From assembly GCA_036726225.1 (NCBI GenBank), contig DAIMCS010000005.1, positions 3,808 through 67,807 of the forward strand: DNA of 64,000 bases, given 5' to 3'. This stretch comes from Patescibacteria group bacterium (GTDB taxonomy: Bacteria; Patescibacteriota; Doudnabacteria; UBA920). The position numbers and the translations under genes are program-made. Positions 9,621 through 18,896 of the stretch are shown here, piece after piece; positions within the stretch are counted from its first letter, which is position 1, and each line of letters begins with the position of its first letter. Under the pieces are notes generated by a model. It made no database searches. It saw nothing but the letters and a program-made list of their open reading frames with translations, and was not told where the DNA came from.

Positions 9621-10604
9621 ATGAAACTCCTAATAGTCGGTTCAGTCGCATACGATTCCATAAAAACGCCTTTTGGCAAGGCTAATAAAACCCTAGGCGG
9701 CAGCGCCACGTATTTTTCTTTGGCCGCGAGCTTTTTTACCAAACCTTCTCTGGTAGCTGTAGTTGGGCAGGATTTTAAAGATGAAGAAGTATTTAAACGC
9801 CTGGGGATAAACATTAGTGGGTTGGAAAAACAACCAGGCAAAACTTTTGCCTGGGGAGGGGAATATAGTTTTGATTTAAACTCCAGGAAGACTTTGTTTA
9901 CTCATTTGAATGTGTTTGAAAATTTTAAGCCAAAATTATCATCGGATCACAAAAAATCAAAATTTGTTTTTTTGGGCAACATCCACCCATCCCTTCAGCT
10001 GGATGTTTTAAAGCAGGTTAATGCGCCTAAATTTGTTGGGCTGGATACTATGAATTTGTGGATAGAAAAAACTTTAAAAGATTTGAAAACCGTTTTAAAA
10101 AAAGTTGATATTTTAATAATAAACGATTCAGAAGCGCGGGAGTTATCGCGGGAACATAATTTGCTGAAAGGCGCTAAAAAAATTCTGTCGCTAATGCAAT
10201 CACCCTCCCCTAGCCCCTCCCATCAAGGGAGGGGAACCAAAAACATTCCCTCCCCTAGAGGGGGAGGGTTAGGGAGGGGTGAAAAAATTGTGATCATCAA
10301 ACGCGGCGAATTCGGTTTGCTCATGTTCCAAAAAGGAAACATTTTCCATCTTCCCGGCTATCCGCTTGAAGATGTGGTTGACCCCACCGGTGCGGGCGAC
10401 AGCTTTGCCGGCGGGTTTTTTGGCTATTTGGCCAAGACCGATGATATTTCCTGGCCAAACCTAAAAAAAGCATGCGTCGCAGGCTCGGTTATGGCTTCTT
10501 TTTGTGTGGAAAAATTAGGGACTAAAAGGCTATTAGAAATTAAAAGCTTAGACATAACCCAAAGGCTAAAAGATTTTAAAACATTGACTCATTTTGAAAT
10601 TTAG
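9621..10604 (+). CDS. PfkB-family carbohydrate kinase (ribokinase-like) carrying an in-frame repeat-derived insertion
   Basis: DPTGAGDSFAGGF anion-hole motif. GC-rich repeat family 1 at 10203-10282 is in frame and encodes SPSPSPSHQGRG...GGGLGRGEK. Confidence 0.75.
   Translation: MKLLIVGSVAYDSIKTPFGKANKTLGGSATYFSLAASFFTKPSLVAVVGQDFKDEEVFKRLGINISGLEKQPGKTFAWGGEYSFDLNSRKTLFTHLNVFENFKPKLSSDHKKSKFVFLGNIHPSLQLDVLKQVNAPKFVGLDTMNLWIEKTLKDLKTVLKKVDILIINDSEARELSREHNLLKGAKKILSLMQSPSPSPSHQGRGTKNIPSPRGGGLGRGEKIVIIKRGEFGLLMFQKGNIFHLPGYPLEDVVDPTGAGDSFAGGFFGYLAKTDDISWPNLKKACVAGSVMASFCVEKLGTKRLLEIKSLDITQRLKDFKTLTHFEI
10203..10282. repeat. GC-rich palindromic repeat family 1, copy b (two tandem units) inside the PfkB coding sequence
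   Basis: ccctcccctagcccctcccatcaagggaggggaa followed by ccctcccctagagggggagggttagggaggggtg. Matches 14579-14614 almost base for base. Confidence 0.7.
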
Positions 10605-10647
10605 CTTATCTTAGTAAAAAATGAACTTTAACTGAAAAGAGGAAAAT

Positions 10648-10902
10648 GTGGAAGGATTCAGTACTTACGCGTTGTTGTTTGTTATAATCACCGTAGCCCA
10701 GATAATAATTCGACTTCTCGCCCGCCACAGAAGTCAACTCGACGGCCATGAAATAGACATCGATTACTACGTCGACGGAGTTTCGTCCGCCTTTATGGAC
10801 GACAAGCCAATGCGTACCTTCCCCTGGTGGGTTATTGAACATAAATTGTGCATGGTTATTAGAAACCAAATTGTAATGGATCTGCACAGCGACCAACTCT
10901 AA
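10648..10902 (+). CDS. Hypothetical small membrane protein
   Basis: Preferred over the overlapping antisense ORF 10606-10962 because an intrinsic terminator follows its stop. Confidence 0.3.
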   Translation: MEGFSTYALLFVIITVAQIIIRLLARHRSQLDGHEIDIDYYVDGVSSAFMDDKPMRTFPWWVIEHKLCMVIRNQIVMDLHSDQL

Positions 10903-10933
10903 ATCCCGTCCGCTAGCCGGCCGGGATTTTTTA
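10903..10933 (+). terminator. Intrinsic terminator
   Basis: atcccgtccgctagccggccgggat hairpin followed by tttttt. Confidence 0.5.
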
Positions 10934-10949
10934 CTAAAATGATATTTGG

Positions 10950-10992
10950 CACCCAAAAACAAGAGGCGCGCTCGACGATGTCGAGCGCGCCC
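10950..10992 (-). terminator. Intrinsic terminator for the Clp-N gene
   Basis: ggcgcgctcgacgatgtcgagcgcgcc perfect palindrome preceded by an A-run on the plus strand. Confidence 0.5.
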
Positions 10993-11025
10993 CGGGTCAA
11001 ACCCAAAACGCGCTAAAAATTACGC

Positions 11026-11616
11026 TTACTCGTCATTTAAAATTTTTTCTACCTTTTCGACAAGTAGCTTAAGCCTAACGTATGCACGCAAGAGCTCGCC
11101 TTTTGGAACACCGTCTTCAAGTAAAAGCTCAATCCTGTCCAGATAAAAAATCACTCCGGACTCCGTTGGCACTTCAGGCAAGGTTTGGACAACTCCGCGC
11201 CTGATTTGTGCGTCCAGTTTATCCCAAGTCACGCCAAGATCATCTAAAATCCTTGCCCCAACACAATCCTGCAGCTTGAGCATACCCAGCAACAGGTGTT
11301 CGGTGCCAATGTGGCGATGATGGACCCTTTCCGCTTCTGCCTGGGAGTAACCAAGAATAAGCTTGCATGAATCAGACATCGGTAGGTCTATGGAAGTACT
11401 GACCTTTTCACGAGCCGGAGATCTTTCTTCTACGGCTTTGCGAATAGACGGACAAGGATCCTCTACCCCCATCAGTCGGCCCAAAAAAGATTTGTCTTCC
11501 CTGGCAAGCCCTAAAAGCAAATGCTCTGTTTCGATGCGAACATGACCGAATTGGGAAGCCTCGTAACGAGCAAAGAAAATTACCCTTCTGGCTCTTTCTG
11601 TGTATCTTTCGAACAT
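11026..11616 (-). CDS. Clp N-terminal (Clp_N double repeat) domain protein
   Basis: Two repeats of the TEHLLLGL-type Clp_N motif. No AAA domain. Confidence 0.65.
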   Translation of the reverse strand: MFERYTERARRVIFFARYEASQFGHVRIETEHLLLGLAREDKSFLGRLMGVEDPCPSIRKAVEERSPAREKVSTSIDLPMSDSCKLILGYSQAEAERVHHRHIGTEHLLLGMLKLQDCVGARILDDLGVTWDKLDAQIRRGVVQTLPEVPTESGVIFYLDRIELLLEDGVPKGELLRAYVRLKLLVEKVEKILNDE

Positions 11617-11873
11617 TGTTTCCCCCTTTTGGGATGCTATCTGAAAAAAGTATACCTTAACGGCAAGCTGTTTGACAACCTAAAAATATCTGTTAGAATA
11701 ATTTTATAAAATCAAAGTAAGTTTAAAAAAAACACCCTTAAAGCTTTTGGAGGCGACGTAGGTGTTTTTTTAATTAGTTGCTAGACTCAAGATTAAAGTT
11801 TTTAGGATTATCATCTTTAATCTGTAATCTTTAATCTATTAACTAATTAGGGGGAGAAAGCAAAAGCAAAGCT

Positions 11874-12944
11874 ATGACAAGTGGCAAAATAATGGCCGAA
11901 TATATATGGCTAGATGGCCGCAAACCCACAGCCAAGCTCAGGTCCAAGACTAAGATTGTAAACGGGCCTGTAAGGAAATTGGAAGATATCCCTATGTGGG
12001 GATTTGACGGTTCTTCCACCGAGCAAGCCGAAGGAAGTTTTTCCGACTGTATGCTCAAACCGGTGTACTATGTGCCGGACCCAATAAGCAAGGGCGATAA
12101 CCTTTTGGTAATGTGCGAAGTTTTAAACGCCGACGGCACTCCGCACCAAACCAATACCCGGCACATTTTGGAAAAAGTGGCGGAAAAATACAAGGACCAG
12201 GAAGCCTGGTTTGGCATTGAGCAGGAATATACCCTTTACGGTTCCAACGACCGCCCCTTTGGCTGGCCCAAAGAAGGTTTCCCCCATCCACAAGGGCGCT
12301 ACTACTGTGGCGTAGGGTTTGACGAAGTCCACGGCAGGCCGCTGGTGGAAGCGCACCTTAAAGCTTGTTTAGATGCAGGCTTGGCCATTTCCGGCATTAA
12401 CGCGGAAGTTATGCCGGCGCAGTGGGAATTCCAGGTTGGCACTTTAGGGCCGCTGGAAGTGGCTGACCAGCTTTGGCTAGCCCGCTGGCTTTTGTACCGC
12501 CTAGGTGAAGAATACGGCGCGTACGCTAAGCTAGACCCCAAACCCATGACCGGGGATTGGAATGGCGCAGGCGGACACACTAACTACTCAACCCGCGCAA
12601 TGCGCGAAACCGGTGGTATGGAAGTGGTTAAGCAGGCTTGCGAAAAGCTTGGGCAGTACCGAATGCAGCATATGCGCGTTTACGGCGCTGACAACGACAA
12701 GCGTTTAACCGGCAAGCACGAAACCTGTTCTTATAAAGAATTCCGCTACGGAGTAAGCGATCGCGGCGCCTCTATCCGCATCCCGATGGAAACTGCCAAC
12801 AAAGGCCGAGGCTACCTGGAGGACAGGCGCCCGGCAGCAAACTTAGATCCTTACCAAATTTGCACAGCATTAATAGAAACCACCTGCGGCGAAGGTTTTA
12901 ACCCGGACACTTACGGCTGGGGAAACTTTGACCCTACGAGGTAA
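11874..12944 (+). CDS. Glutamine synthetase type II (eukaryote-like GSII)
   Basis: AEYIWLDG N-terminus and GDWNGAGGHTNYST motif. About 356 aa, typical of GSII rather than GSI. Confidence 0.85.
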   Translation: MTSGKIMAEYIWLDGRKPTAKLRSKTKIVNGPVRKLEDIPMWGFDGSSTEQAEGSFSDCMLKPVYYVPDPISKGDNLLVMCEVLNADGTPHQTNTRHILEKVAEKYKDQEAWFGIEQEYTLYGSNDRPFGWPKEGFPHPQGRYYCGVGFDEVHGRPLVEAHLKACLDAGLAISGINAEVMPAQWEFQVGTLGPLEVADQLWLARWLLYRLGEEYGAYAKLDPKPMTGDWNGAGGHTNYSTRAMRETGGMEVVKQACEKLGQYRMQHMRVYGADNDKRLTGKHETCSYKEFRYGVSDRGASIRIPMETANKGRGYLEDRRPAANLDPYQICTALIETTCGEGFNPDTYGWGNFDPTR

Positions 12945-12995
12945 ATGCGTTATCCGCTGATCACACGCGGATATTAACGCTGATAAGGCGCTGAT

Positions 12996-13030
12996 AGTTA
13001 AATCAAAAGCCGCTTCTTAACTGGAGCGGC
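12996..13030. terminator. Bidirectional terminator between GSII and the cupin gene
   Basis: aaagccgcttc-ttaact-ggagcggcttt hairpin flanked by T/A runs. Confidence 0.45.
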
Positions 13031-13080
13031 TTTTAAAGTTCAGCGTTTTATCGGCGTACCAATCCGCGACAAATCAGCGG

Positions 13081-13452
13081 TTATACTCTTCCGTATTGAT
13101 CCTCAAACCTTTCAATATCACCTTCGTCGTAATGCCCGGTTTGGGATTCCACAATTATGAGCTCTAAATCACCAATATTTTTTACGCGATGCTTGTCCCC
13201 TATTTTTATATCCACAAAGCTGCCTACCCCAACTTCAATTGCCTTATCATTTAAAATCACAGTACCTTTCCCCTGCACAATAAACCAATGTTCGTTGCGC
13301 TCTCTGTGAAGCTGGTAAGACAAAGAGGCGCCGGGCTTCAGGCGTAAAATTTTTATGCAAGAATCTTTATAGCCGGGCTCGTCCACTTTAAACTGACTCA
13401 AAATTTCGTAAGAGCCCCAAGGCCTATGTTCAATGTAATGGCTATTTTCCAT
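13081..13452 (-). CDS. Cupin domain protein
   Basis: Cupin_2 motifs G(x)5HxH-like and the H(x)3...beta-barrel pattern. 123 aa. Confidence 0.65.
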   Translation of the reverse strand: MENSHYIEHRPWGSYEILSQFKVDEPGYKDSCIKILRLKPGASLSYQLHRERNEHWFIVQGKGTVILNDKAIEVGVGSFVDIKIGDKHRVKNIGDLELIIVESQTGHYDEGDIERFEDQYGRV

Positions 13453-13516
13453 AAAAGGATTATAGCAAAAAAGTTGATGTCTATGGAAATTTCTGATAAT
13501 ATCGATTTATAAATAC

Positions 13517-14506
13517 ATGCCCCAAAAAAGCAAGCAACTTGCAGTAGAATTACATAGCCATCTAGGCGCCGCGGTAAGCCCGGCAATACTCTGGGCCATT
13601 GCCCACCGCCAGGGCATAAAACTTCCCAGTAAAAATTACTGGGATTTTGAAGATATGATTACGATGACCGGCGCGGAGAAGAATAAAGATTTAGACGAAA
13701 TGCACCGCCACTTTTTCCACTGGACAGAGCTTATACAATCATCACCCGAAGCCATAGAAGAATCTGTAAAGCTCACCATTTCCGGCGGATACCGCAAAAA
13801 CAACATTACAGTCCATGAGCTCCGTTTTGACCCCATGATGCGCAACCGCGGCGGTGAGCGGGATTTAGACCATATTATTATGTCCGCCCTTTGGGGAATG
13901 GATAAAGCCATTTTGGAATACCCCCAGGTCAAAGCCGGAATAATTATAGGTATGCACCGAATGCATAGCTTTAAGCAAAATGAAGTTAAAATACAAAAAG
14001 CCATCCGCTACAAAAATCGAGGCATAATTGGCATTGACCTTGCCGGCCCCAACCGCAGCAGCTTTTCCATGCAAAAACACAAAGATTTATTTATGATGGC
14101 AAAAAAGCACGGCCTTGGAGTTACCATCCACACCGGCGAGGAAAAACAACTGGCAGAAATGCGCTATGTAGTTAGAGAAATAAAGCCGCACAGAATTGGC
14201 CACGGCGTGGAATGCGTGAGGGATAAAAAGCTAATGGCAGATTTGGTAAAAAATAATATTCTTTTGGAAATTTGCCCGACTTCCAACTTACGTAACAGTG
14301 TTATTAAAAACCTAGCGGGATTAAAATCGGTTATAAAAACTTTGCTTAAAAATAAAGTTAAGTTTGCCATTTGCACCGACGGACCGGAAATGTACAAAAC
14401 CGGCATCCACAAAGAACAGCAGTTTTTGCTGGAAAACAAAATAATGACACAAAAAGAAATTGCCCAGTCAAGCCGCCTCGCGCTTGAAGCAAGTTTTATT
14501 CGATAA
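13517..14506 (+). CDS. Adenosine deaminase family amidohydrolase
   Basis: ELHSHLGAA and IHTGE metal-binding motifs. Confidence 0.7.
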   Translation: MPQKSKQLAVELHSHLGAAVSPAILWAIAHRQGIKLPSKNYWDFEDMITMTGAEKNKDLDEMHRHFFHWTELIQSSPEAIEESVKLTISGGYRKNNITVHELRFDPMMRNRGGERDLDHIIMSALWGMDKAILEYPQVKAGIIIGMHRMHSFKQNEVKIQKAIRYKNRGIIGIDLAGPNRSSFSMQKHKDLFMMAKKHGLGVTIHTGEEKQLAEMRYVVREIKPHRIGHGVECVRDKKLMADLVKNNILLEICPTSNLRNSVIKNLAGLKSVIKTLLKNKVKFAICTDGPEMYKTGIHKEQQFLLENKIMTQKEIAQSSRLALEASFIR

Positions 14507-14513
14507 TTATATT

Positions 14514-14616
14514 CCCTCCCCCTTGCCTGCCTACCGCAGGCAGGTGGGGAGGGCAAGGGAGGGGGTAAAAGCATCCGCCACCCTCCCCTAACCCCTCCCA
14601 TCCAGGGAGGGGAATT
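14514..14616. repeat. GC-rich palindromic repeat family 1, copy c (composite, two hairpins) between convergent genes
   Basis: ccctcccccttgcctgcctaccgcaggcaggtggggaggg... then accctcccctaacccctcccatccagggaggggaa. Confidence 0.7.
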
Positions 14617-15501
14617 TTATTTTGCGGGCTTTTTTTCGTATGTAAGCAAAATTAATCCTGCTGACACAGGAATTAAGGAGACCCATTGCCACAAGGTTGG
14701 CGACTGATGTAAAAAAATATAGGCAAAAAATAATGTGCTTAAAGGAGCTACCCCCGAGAACGAAGTCGCCTTAGTAACGCTAATTCGATGAATGCCCTCT
14801 ACCCACAAAAACTTGGTAAATCCTAAAACCACAAAACCATTTAAAATTAGAAGCCACAAGACCCCTTTAACTTCATGGAAAGGCGCAGTAGCTTGAAGCA
14901 AATAAGCCAAAAGGAAGAAAAAAGGGAAACTAAATAGGTTGCGCAAAAATAAGATAGTTTCGCTGCTAATAATTTTACGTAAGCTTTGTTGGTAATAATT
15001 CCCCAGAGTAGCGCAAGCACAAGCAATTAAGATAAACCAATCCCCGCCGGAAAAATCTAAACCTTCCTTCGGCCATAAAATAATTACTGCTCCTATTAAG
15101 ATCAAAACTGCCCCTGTTGTATGCTCTTTGGAGAAAGGTTGTTTTTTCCATACGTTAAAAAATAGATAGCTGAAAAATAATTCCATTAAGGCAAGAATGC
15201 TGGCGTTGCCGGCAGATGTGAATTTTAAACCGGCATAATACAAACCATAGTAAAGCCATCCAATCAAAAACGATATTATCAAAATATGTTTATAGATACC
15301 CTCTTTACGTAATTCAAAAAACTTTCCGCGAATTAGCATTAAGGCGGCAAAAAATACGCAAGAAAACATCGCGCTAAAAGCCAGTGAATAAACTGCTGAT
15401 ACGGTTGAATAAGACAGGATAGTTATAATCGGAAATAAGCCCCACAAAAGCTCATTTGCTATAATTGCTAACTCCCCTTTTCTGGTTTGGCTTAAATTCA
15501 T
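14617..15501 (-). CDS. EamA-like DMT superfamily transporter
   Basis: About 10 TM segments with a duplicated EamA-like architecture. Confidence 0.65.
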   Translation of the reverse strand: MNLSQTRKGELAIIANELLWGLFPIITILSYSTVSAVYSLAFSAMFSCVFFAALMLIRGKFFELRKEGIYKHILIISFLIGWLYYGLYYAGLKFTSAGNASILALMELFFSYLFFNVWKKQPFSKEHTTGAVLILIGAVIILWPKEGLDFSGGDWFILIACACATLGNYYQQSLRKIISSETILFLRNLFSFPFFFLLAYLLQATAPFHEVKGVLWLLILNGFVVLGFTKFLWVEGIHRISVTKATSFSGVAPLSTLFFAYIFLHQSPTLWQWVSLIPVSAGLILLTYEKKPAK

Positions 15502-15513
15502 ACCTTAATTATA

Positions 15514-15549
15514 ACAAAAAAACCGTCCCAAGGTAGGGACGGTTTTTAA
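15514..15549 (-). terminator. Intrinsic terminator for the SH3b gene
   Basis: aaaaaaaccgtccc-aaggta-gggacggttttt. Confidence 0.5.
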
Positions 15550-15556
15550 ATAACAA

Positions 15557-16333
15557 TTATTGCAAAGTTACGTAATCGTCAATAACCCAACCACTCCTGC
15601 CGTCTGTAAGTGTAATTTTATACCATCCGCTCTGGGATTCTGAATAGGAATAAATTTCTCCCGGGTTAACTTTGGTAATAATGCTGTAACTAAGTCCCGG
15701 TCCGCTTCTAAAGTTTAGCCAGCCCGTGGGCGTGGAATTTATTTTTAATTTTTTTTCAGCTGCCACCGGCGGAGTTGGGGTTATGCTGGGGTCTGTACCG
15801 GTTGAATTTTCCGGCAAAATGACCACTGTGGTGGTTGCCGGGTCATCCACAGGCTCTTGGACTTGGTAGTTAGGCTGTGGGTCTTGGCTGTTGGTGTCAT
15901 TTAACCCCCAAACCTGGTAAAGTTGGTAACTGGCGAAGCCCAAAAGTAAAAGAATAATTACCCCGATTATTTTACCCACACCGCCGCGATTTTGGTTATT
16001 TACCCTGTCTACAACGGACTTAGGCAACAGCCTGGGTTCGGCAGCGGGTTTTTCTGCTGCGGCAGTGGGTTTTGTGCCCGGTACGCTTGCAACCATAGGG
16101 CCCTCTGTCTCGGAAATTAAGCGCTTTTCCTGCACAGTCAAATTAGGCGCCTTTACCGTGGGGGCTTCAGAACCGCTTACGGGCGCATTTATCCCTTCCA
16201 AAGTCGGCTTGGGCCGCTTGGCTTTCTTTTCCTTTTCCGCTTTTATTTCTTCATTAAGGGAGTTTTCCAGCAACGATCCAGGAGTTTCTTCGGTAAAAGA
16301 ATTAGTTTGTTCTGAATCTATTTCGTCAGGCAT
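15557..16333 (-). CDS. Bacterial SH3-domain protein with TM anchor and Pro/Thr-rich linker
   Basis: C-terminal GWLNFRSGPG...GWYKI...GWV SH3b pattern. Confidence 0.6.
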   Translation of the reverse strand: MPDEIDSEQTNSFTEETPGSLLENSLNEEIKAEKEKKAKRPKPTLEGINAPVSGSEAPTVKAPNLTVQEKRLISETEGPMVASVPGTKPTAAAEKPAAEPRLLPKSVVDRVNNQNRGGVGKIIGVIILLLLGFASYQLYQVWGLNDTNSQDPQPNYQVQEPVDDPATTTVVILPENSTGTDPSITPTPPVAAEKKLKINSTPTGWLNFRSGPGLSYSIITKVNPGEIYSYSESQSGWYKITLTDGRSGWVIDDYVTLQ

Positions 16334-16448
16334 ATAACTATTTTAACACCTTTTATTTTTAATGCAAATTTTACCTATAAGTCTTAATTTGCGGTTAAAT
16401 TCAAAATTTGAGATAATCTAGGTCAGCTGAAAAGAAGGGAGCTATGAA

Positions 16449-16964
16449 ATGTCTTCAAATACGTTCGAGTTACTTGGCTTTTCCAATCCCTTGGACGATT
16501 ACCCGTCTCCGATTGTCCCCATAGGCAGGCTTAACGGTCAGCTTGTGGCGGTGTACACCACAATGAAAGATGGAGTATCTCACGTTACTGAGACTTTGTC
16601 CGAAGAAGCGGCATTCGATCGGCTCACCCCTGAGCTTAAAGATGCTTTGGGAGGATTCGACTACCTGTTCGATAACCTCTACGCCGTAACGTCAACCGAC
16701 GTTCGCAAATATCATGTTGCCGACCAAAAAGAGTTTTTTCTTTCTTTACTGGCCGACGACAATTTTGCGCCCGACAATCCTTTTGCGCGGTTAAGTATTG
16801 CTCAGCCTACCGGCGAACCAGCCATAATTTTAGCGGAGATAAAAAAATGCTATAAAGGACTGGGTAAAACGCCGAGATTCAAGAAGGCTTGGTTGATCCA
16901 AGAAATCGAACAAATGCGAGCTGATGGGATCGACGTCGCAGAAATCGAAACACTTCTGAAATAG
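16449..16964 (+). CDS. Hypothetical protein
   Basis: ORF with a terminator at 16980-17029. Confidence 0.45.
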   Translation: MSSNTFELLGFSNPLDDYPSPIVPIGRLNGQLVAVYTTMKDGVSHVTETLSEEAAFDRLTPELKDALGGFDYLFDNLYAVTSTDVRKYHVADQKEFFLSLLADDNFAPDNPFARLSIAQPTGEPAIILAEIKKCYKGLGKTPRFKKAWLIQEIEQMRADGIDVAEIETLLK

Positions 16965-16979
16965 ACCTCAAACATCTTT

Positions 16980-17029
16980 TGATATCCGGTGGCAATTTCG
17001 GTTGCTATCGGATATCTTATTTTTTTACA
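16980..17029 (+). terminator. Intrinsic terminator
   Basis: gatatccggtggcaa...ttgctatcggatatc hairpin followed by ttattttttt. Confidence 0.5.
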
Positions 17030-17039
17030 AACATCCTCC

Positions 17040-17069
17040 TTGCCGCAATAGGCTTTTTATTTTATAATA
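17040..17069 (+). promoter_or_regulatory. Sigma70-like promoter for tRNA-Gln
   Basis: TTGCCG, 18-nt spacer, TATAAT. The tRNA 5' end lies 21 nt downstream of the -10 box. Confidence 0.4.
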
Positions 17070-17073
17070 TCTT

Positions 17074-18624
17074 CTAGCTTGTCATATTCTTGGGGCGTAG
17101 CCAAGCGGTAAGGCACGGGCCTTTGAAGCCTGCATTCCCAGGTTCGATCCCTGGCGCCCCAGCCAAGACAAAACTTAGGTTAGTTTTAGAGAAATTTTTT
17201 CGTGCGACGCAGAGCGTCGCCCATTGTTTTACGGGGGATTCTTCAACTTTTTTATTTCGCAAAATCAGGTTCGAGCCGAAGATTTTTTGGAGGGAGGATT
17301 TTTTGGAGGGGAGGTCGTCTCCTTTTGCTATTTCGTCTAGCGTTGAAGCGTCCTTTATCCACTCTCGCATAGGTTCGAGCCACAGACTTCCCCCTCTTTG
17401 CGACTTGGCCAGAACTTCCTCAACCGATCTCTTTTCGGACATAGCCTCTCGCTTCTTGGCGAGGTAGGTTTCTCGGTCTATGTCCTGTTCAACAAAGAGG
17501 TCGGTAAGGCGGTCTATCTTGGCGTTAAAGACGCTTAATCGCTCCCGTAAGCTGTGGACTAAGGTTGCCGTAGTCTTGGAGCTACCTTTCTCGTCCTCGT
17601 CTGCGAGAGCCAATAACCCTTGCGTCCAATCGCTCGGCATTGCGTAATGTGTGAGTATTTCGGATAGGTCGGCGGCGAGGACTTCTTCTCTCACAAAAGG
17701 TTGAGAGCAACGAGCCGCCGATTTTTTTGTACAGCGATAGTAGATGTGGCCTTTCTGCTCCTCTGCGGTTATGCCCATACCGCACTCCCCGCAACGCAAA
17801 AGCCCACAAAAGGCTTTCGGTTCTTTATCTTTTCTCATTGGATGTCCACGACGGACAATTACGATCTGAACTTTATCAAAAAGGTGTTTGTCTATGAGTG
17901 GCGTATGTTTGCCCTCGTACATTTCGCCAGCGTAGCGGAAATGTCCGTAGTAAAAAGGATTAACGAGAATAAATCTTATTCTGTCTTTATGTATGGCGTT
18001 GCCATTTAAACTCTTAACCCCGTTTTCAAAAAGGAATGTAGAAATATCTTCAAGACGAGAGTTGCCTTTAGCGTAAAGCTCAAAGGCGGCTCTGATAAAT
18101 TTCGCTTTCTTCCGATCAACGACTATCGTCTTTGCTCGCACATCATTGAGGTAGCCAACGGGAGCAGTGCCGGGAAACTGTCCGAGCCGTGCCTTATGAT
18201 GTAGCCCTCGGCTTGTATTGGAGCTTAGGTCACGGATAAATTGGTTAGCCATACCAAACTCAACCGACATCATAAGTACATTGTCGTTTGAGAGATGGCT
18301 TCTGTCGTGCGTTTGAATACGCTGAATCGTCCCCTGTTGGAGTAGCCAACTGATCTGTCCGCCGTCCACGGGATTACGAGCCAAGCGATCTAGCTTCCAA
18401 CAAATAATGCCCTGTGCCTCGCCAGTCTGTATGCGTAGGAGCATATCGTTAAAGATCGGGCGACCGGGCATTTTTGCAGTTCGCTTTTCTACAAATTCGG
18501 CCGCAACTTCTAAGCCCTCGCTTTTCGCAAGCGAACGAAGTTCGTCTAATTGACCTTCGATGGAGAGGACTTGTTTATCCTCGACATCAGTAGATTTTCT
18601 AGCGTAAAGAAAGTATCTATTCAT
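17074..18624 (-). CDS. Large serine recombinase (integrase/resolvase family)
   Basis: N-terminal YARKSTD...Q catalytic Ser motif. Recombinase domain. CxxC...C zinc ribbon and coiled coil. ATG at 18624 (MNRYFLYARKST); the track start at 18702 is upstream. The 3' end reads across attL into the tRNA. Confidence 0.85.
   Translation of the reverse strand: MNRYFLYARKSTDVEDKQVLSIEGQLDELRSLAKSEGLEVAAEFVEKRTAKMPGRPIFNDMLLRIQTGEAQGIICWKLDRLARNPVDGGQISWLLQQGTIQRIQTHDRSHLSNDNVLMMSVEFGMANQFIRDLSSNTSRGLHHKARLGQFPGTAPVGYLNDVRAKTIVVDRKKAKFIRAAFELYAKGNSRLEDISTFLFENGVKSLNGNAIHKDRIRFILVNPFYYGHFRYAGEMYEGKHTPLIDKHLFDKVQIVIVRRGHPMRKDKEPKAFCGLLRCGECGMGITAEEQKGHIYYRCTKKSAARCSQPFVREEVLAADLSEILTHYAMPSDWTQGLLALADEDEKGSSKTTATLVHSLRERLSVFNAKIDRLTDLFVEQDIDRETYLAKKREAMSEKRSVEEVLAKSQRGGSLWLEPMREWIKDASTLDEIAKGDDLPSKKSSLQKIFGSNLILRNKKVEESPVKQWATLCVARKNFSKTNLSFVLAGAPGIEPGNAGFKGPCLTAWLRPKNMTS
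17091..17165 (+). tRNA. tRNA-Gln (anticodon UUG)
   Basis: 75 nt. Near-identical in arms to E. coli tRNA-Gln (TGGGG...GCCAAGCGGTAAGGCA...TTCGAnTCC...CCCCAGCCA). Anticodon loop CUUUGAA. Encoded CCA. Confidence 0.85.
17162..17317. repeat. IR-A (left terminal repeat of the element, about 156 bp)
   Basis: Reverse-complement match to 24641-24805, with one roughly 30-bp divergent patch. Confidence 0.8.
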
Positions 18625-18684
18625 AGTTGTAGTATACCACAACGGATGGTTTAAAACACAACTTTCAGCTATAATGGGATAAAT

Positions 18685-18891
18685 ATGAAAAGTGAAGCCC
18701 AAAAATTAGGCGATAATCTAAAACGAATAAGAACAGAGAAAGATATATCGCAGGGAGATATTGCACGAGCCTTAGAAGTGGATAAGAGTTTTGTCAGTAA
18801 TATAGAAAACGGCAAGACTAACCCGACACTTGCGACGATTGCAAAGATAGCAAAGGCAATCGGTGTTTCGGTTGATGAGTTATTAAAGTAA
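18685..18891 (+). CDS. XRE-family HTH transcriptional regulator
   Basis: Classic HTH_3: ISQGDIARALEVDKSFVSNIENG. Confidence 0.8.
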   Translation: MKSEAQKLGDNLKRIRTEKDISQGDIARALEVDKSFVSNIENGKTNPTLATIAKIAKAIGVSVDELLK

Positions 18892-18896
18892 AAATT

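Noticed and set aside
10606-10962. Track ORF 10606-10962 (-), 118 aa
   Set aside because: Its N-terminus is encoded by the terminator hairpin, and it is antisense to an ORF that has its own terminator. The plus-strand 84-aa ORF is kept, with low confidence.
17090-17467. Track ORF 17090-17467 (+) and other antisense ORFs inside the recombinase (17582-17809, 17701-18009)
   Set aside because: They overlap the tRNA-Gln and are antisense to a well-supported serine recombinase. Shadow ORFs.
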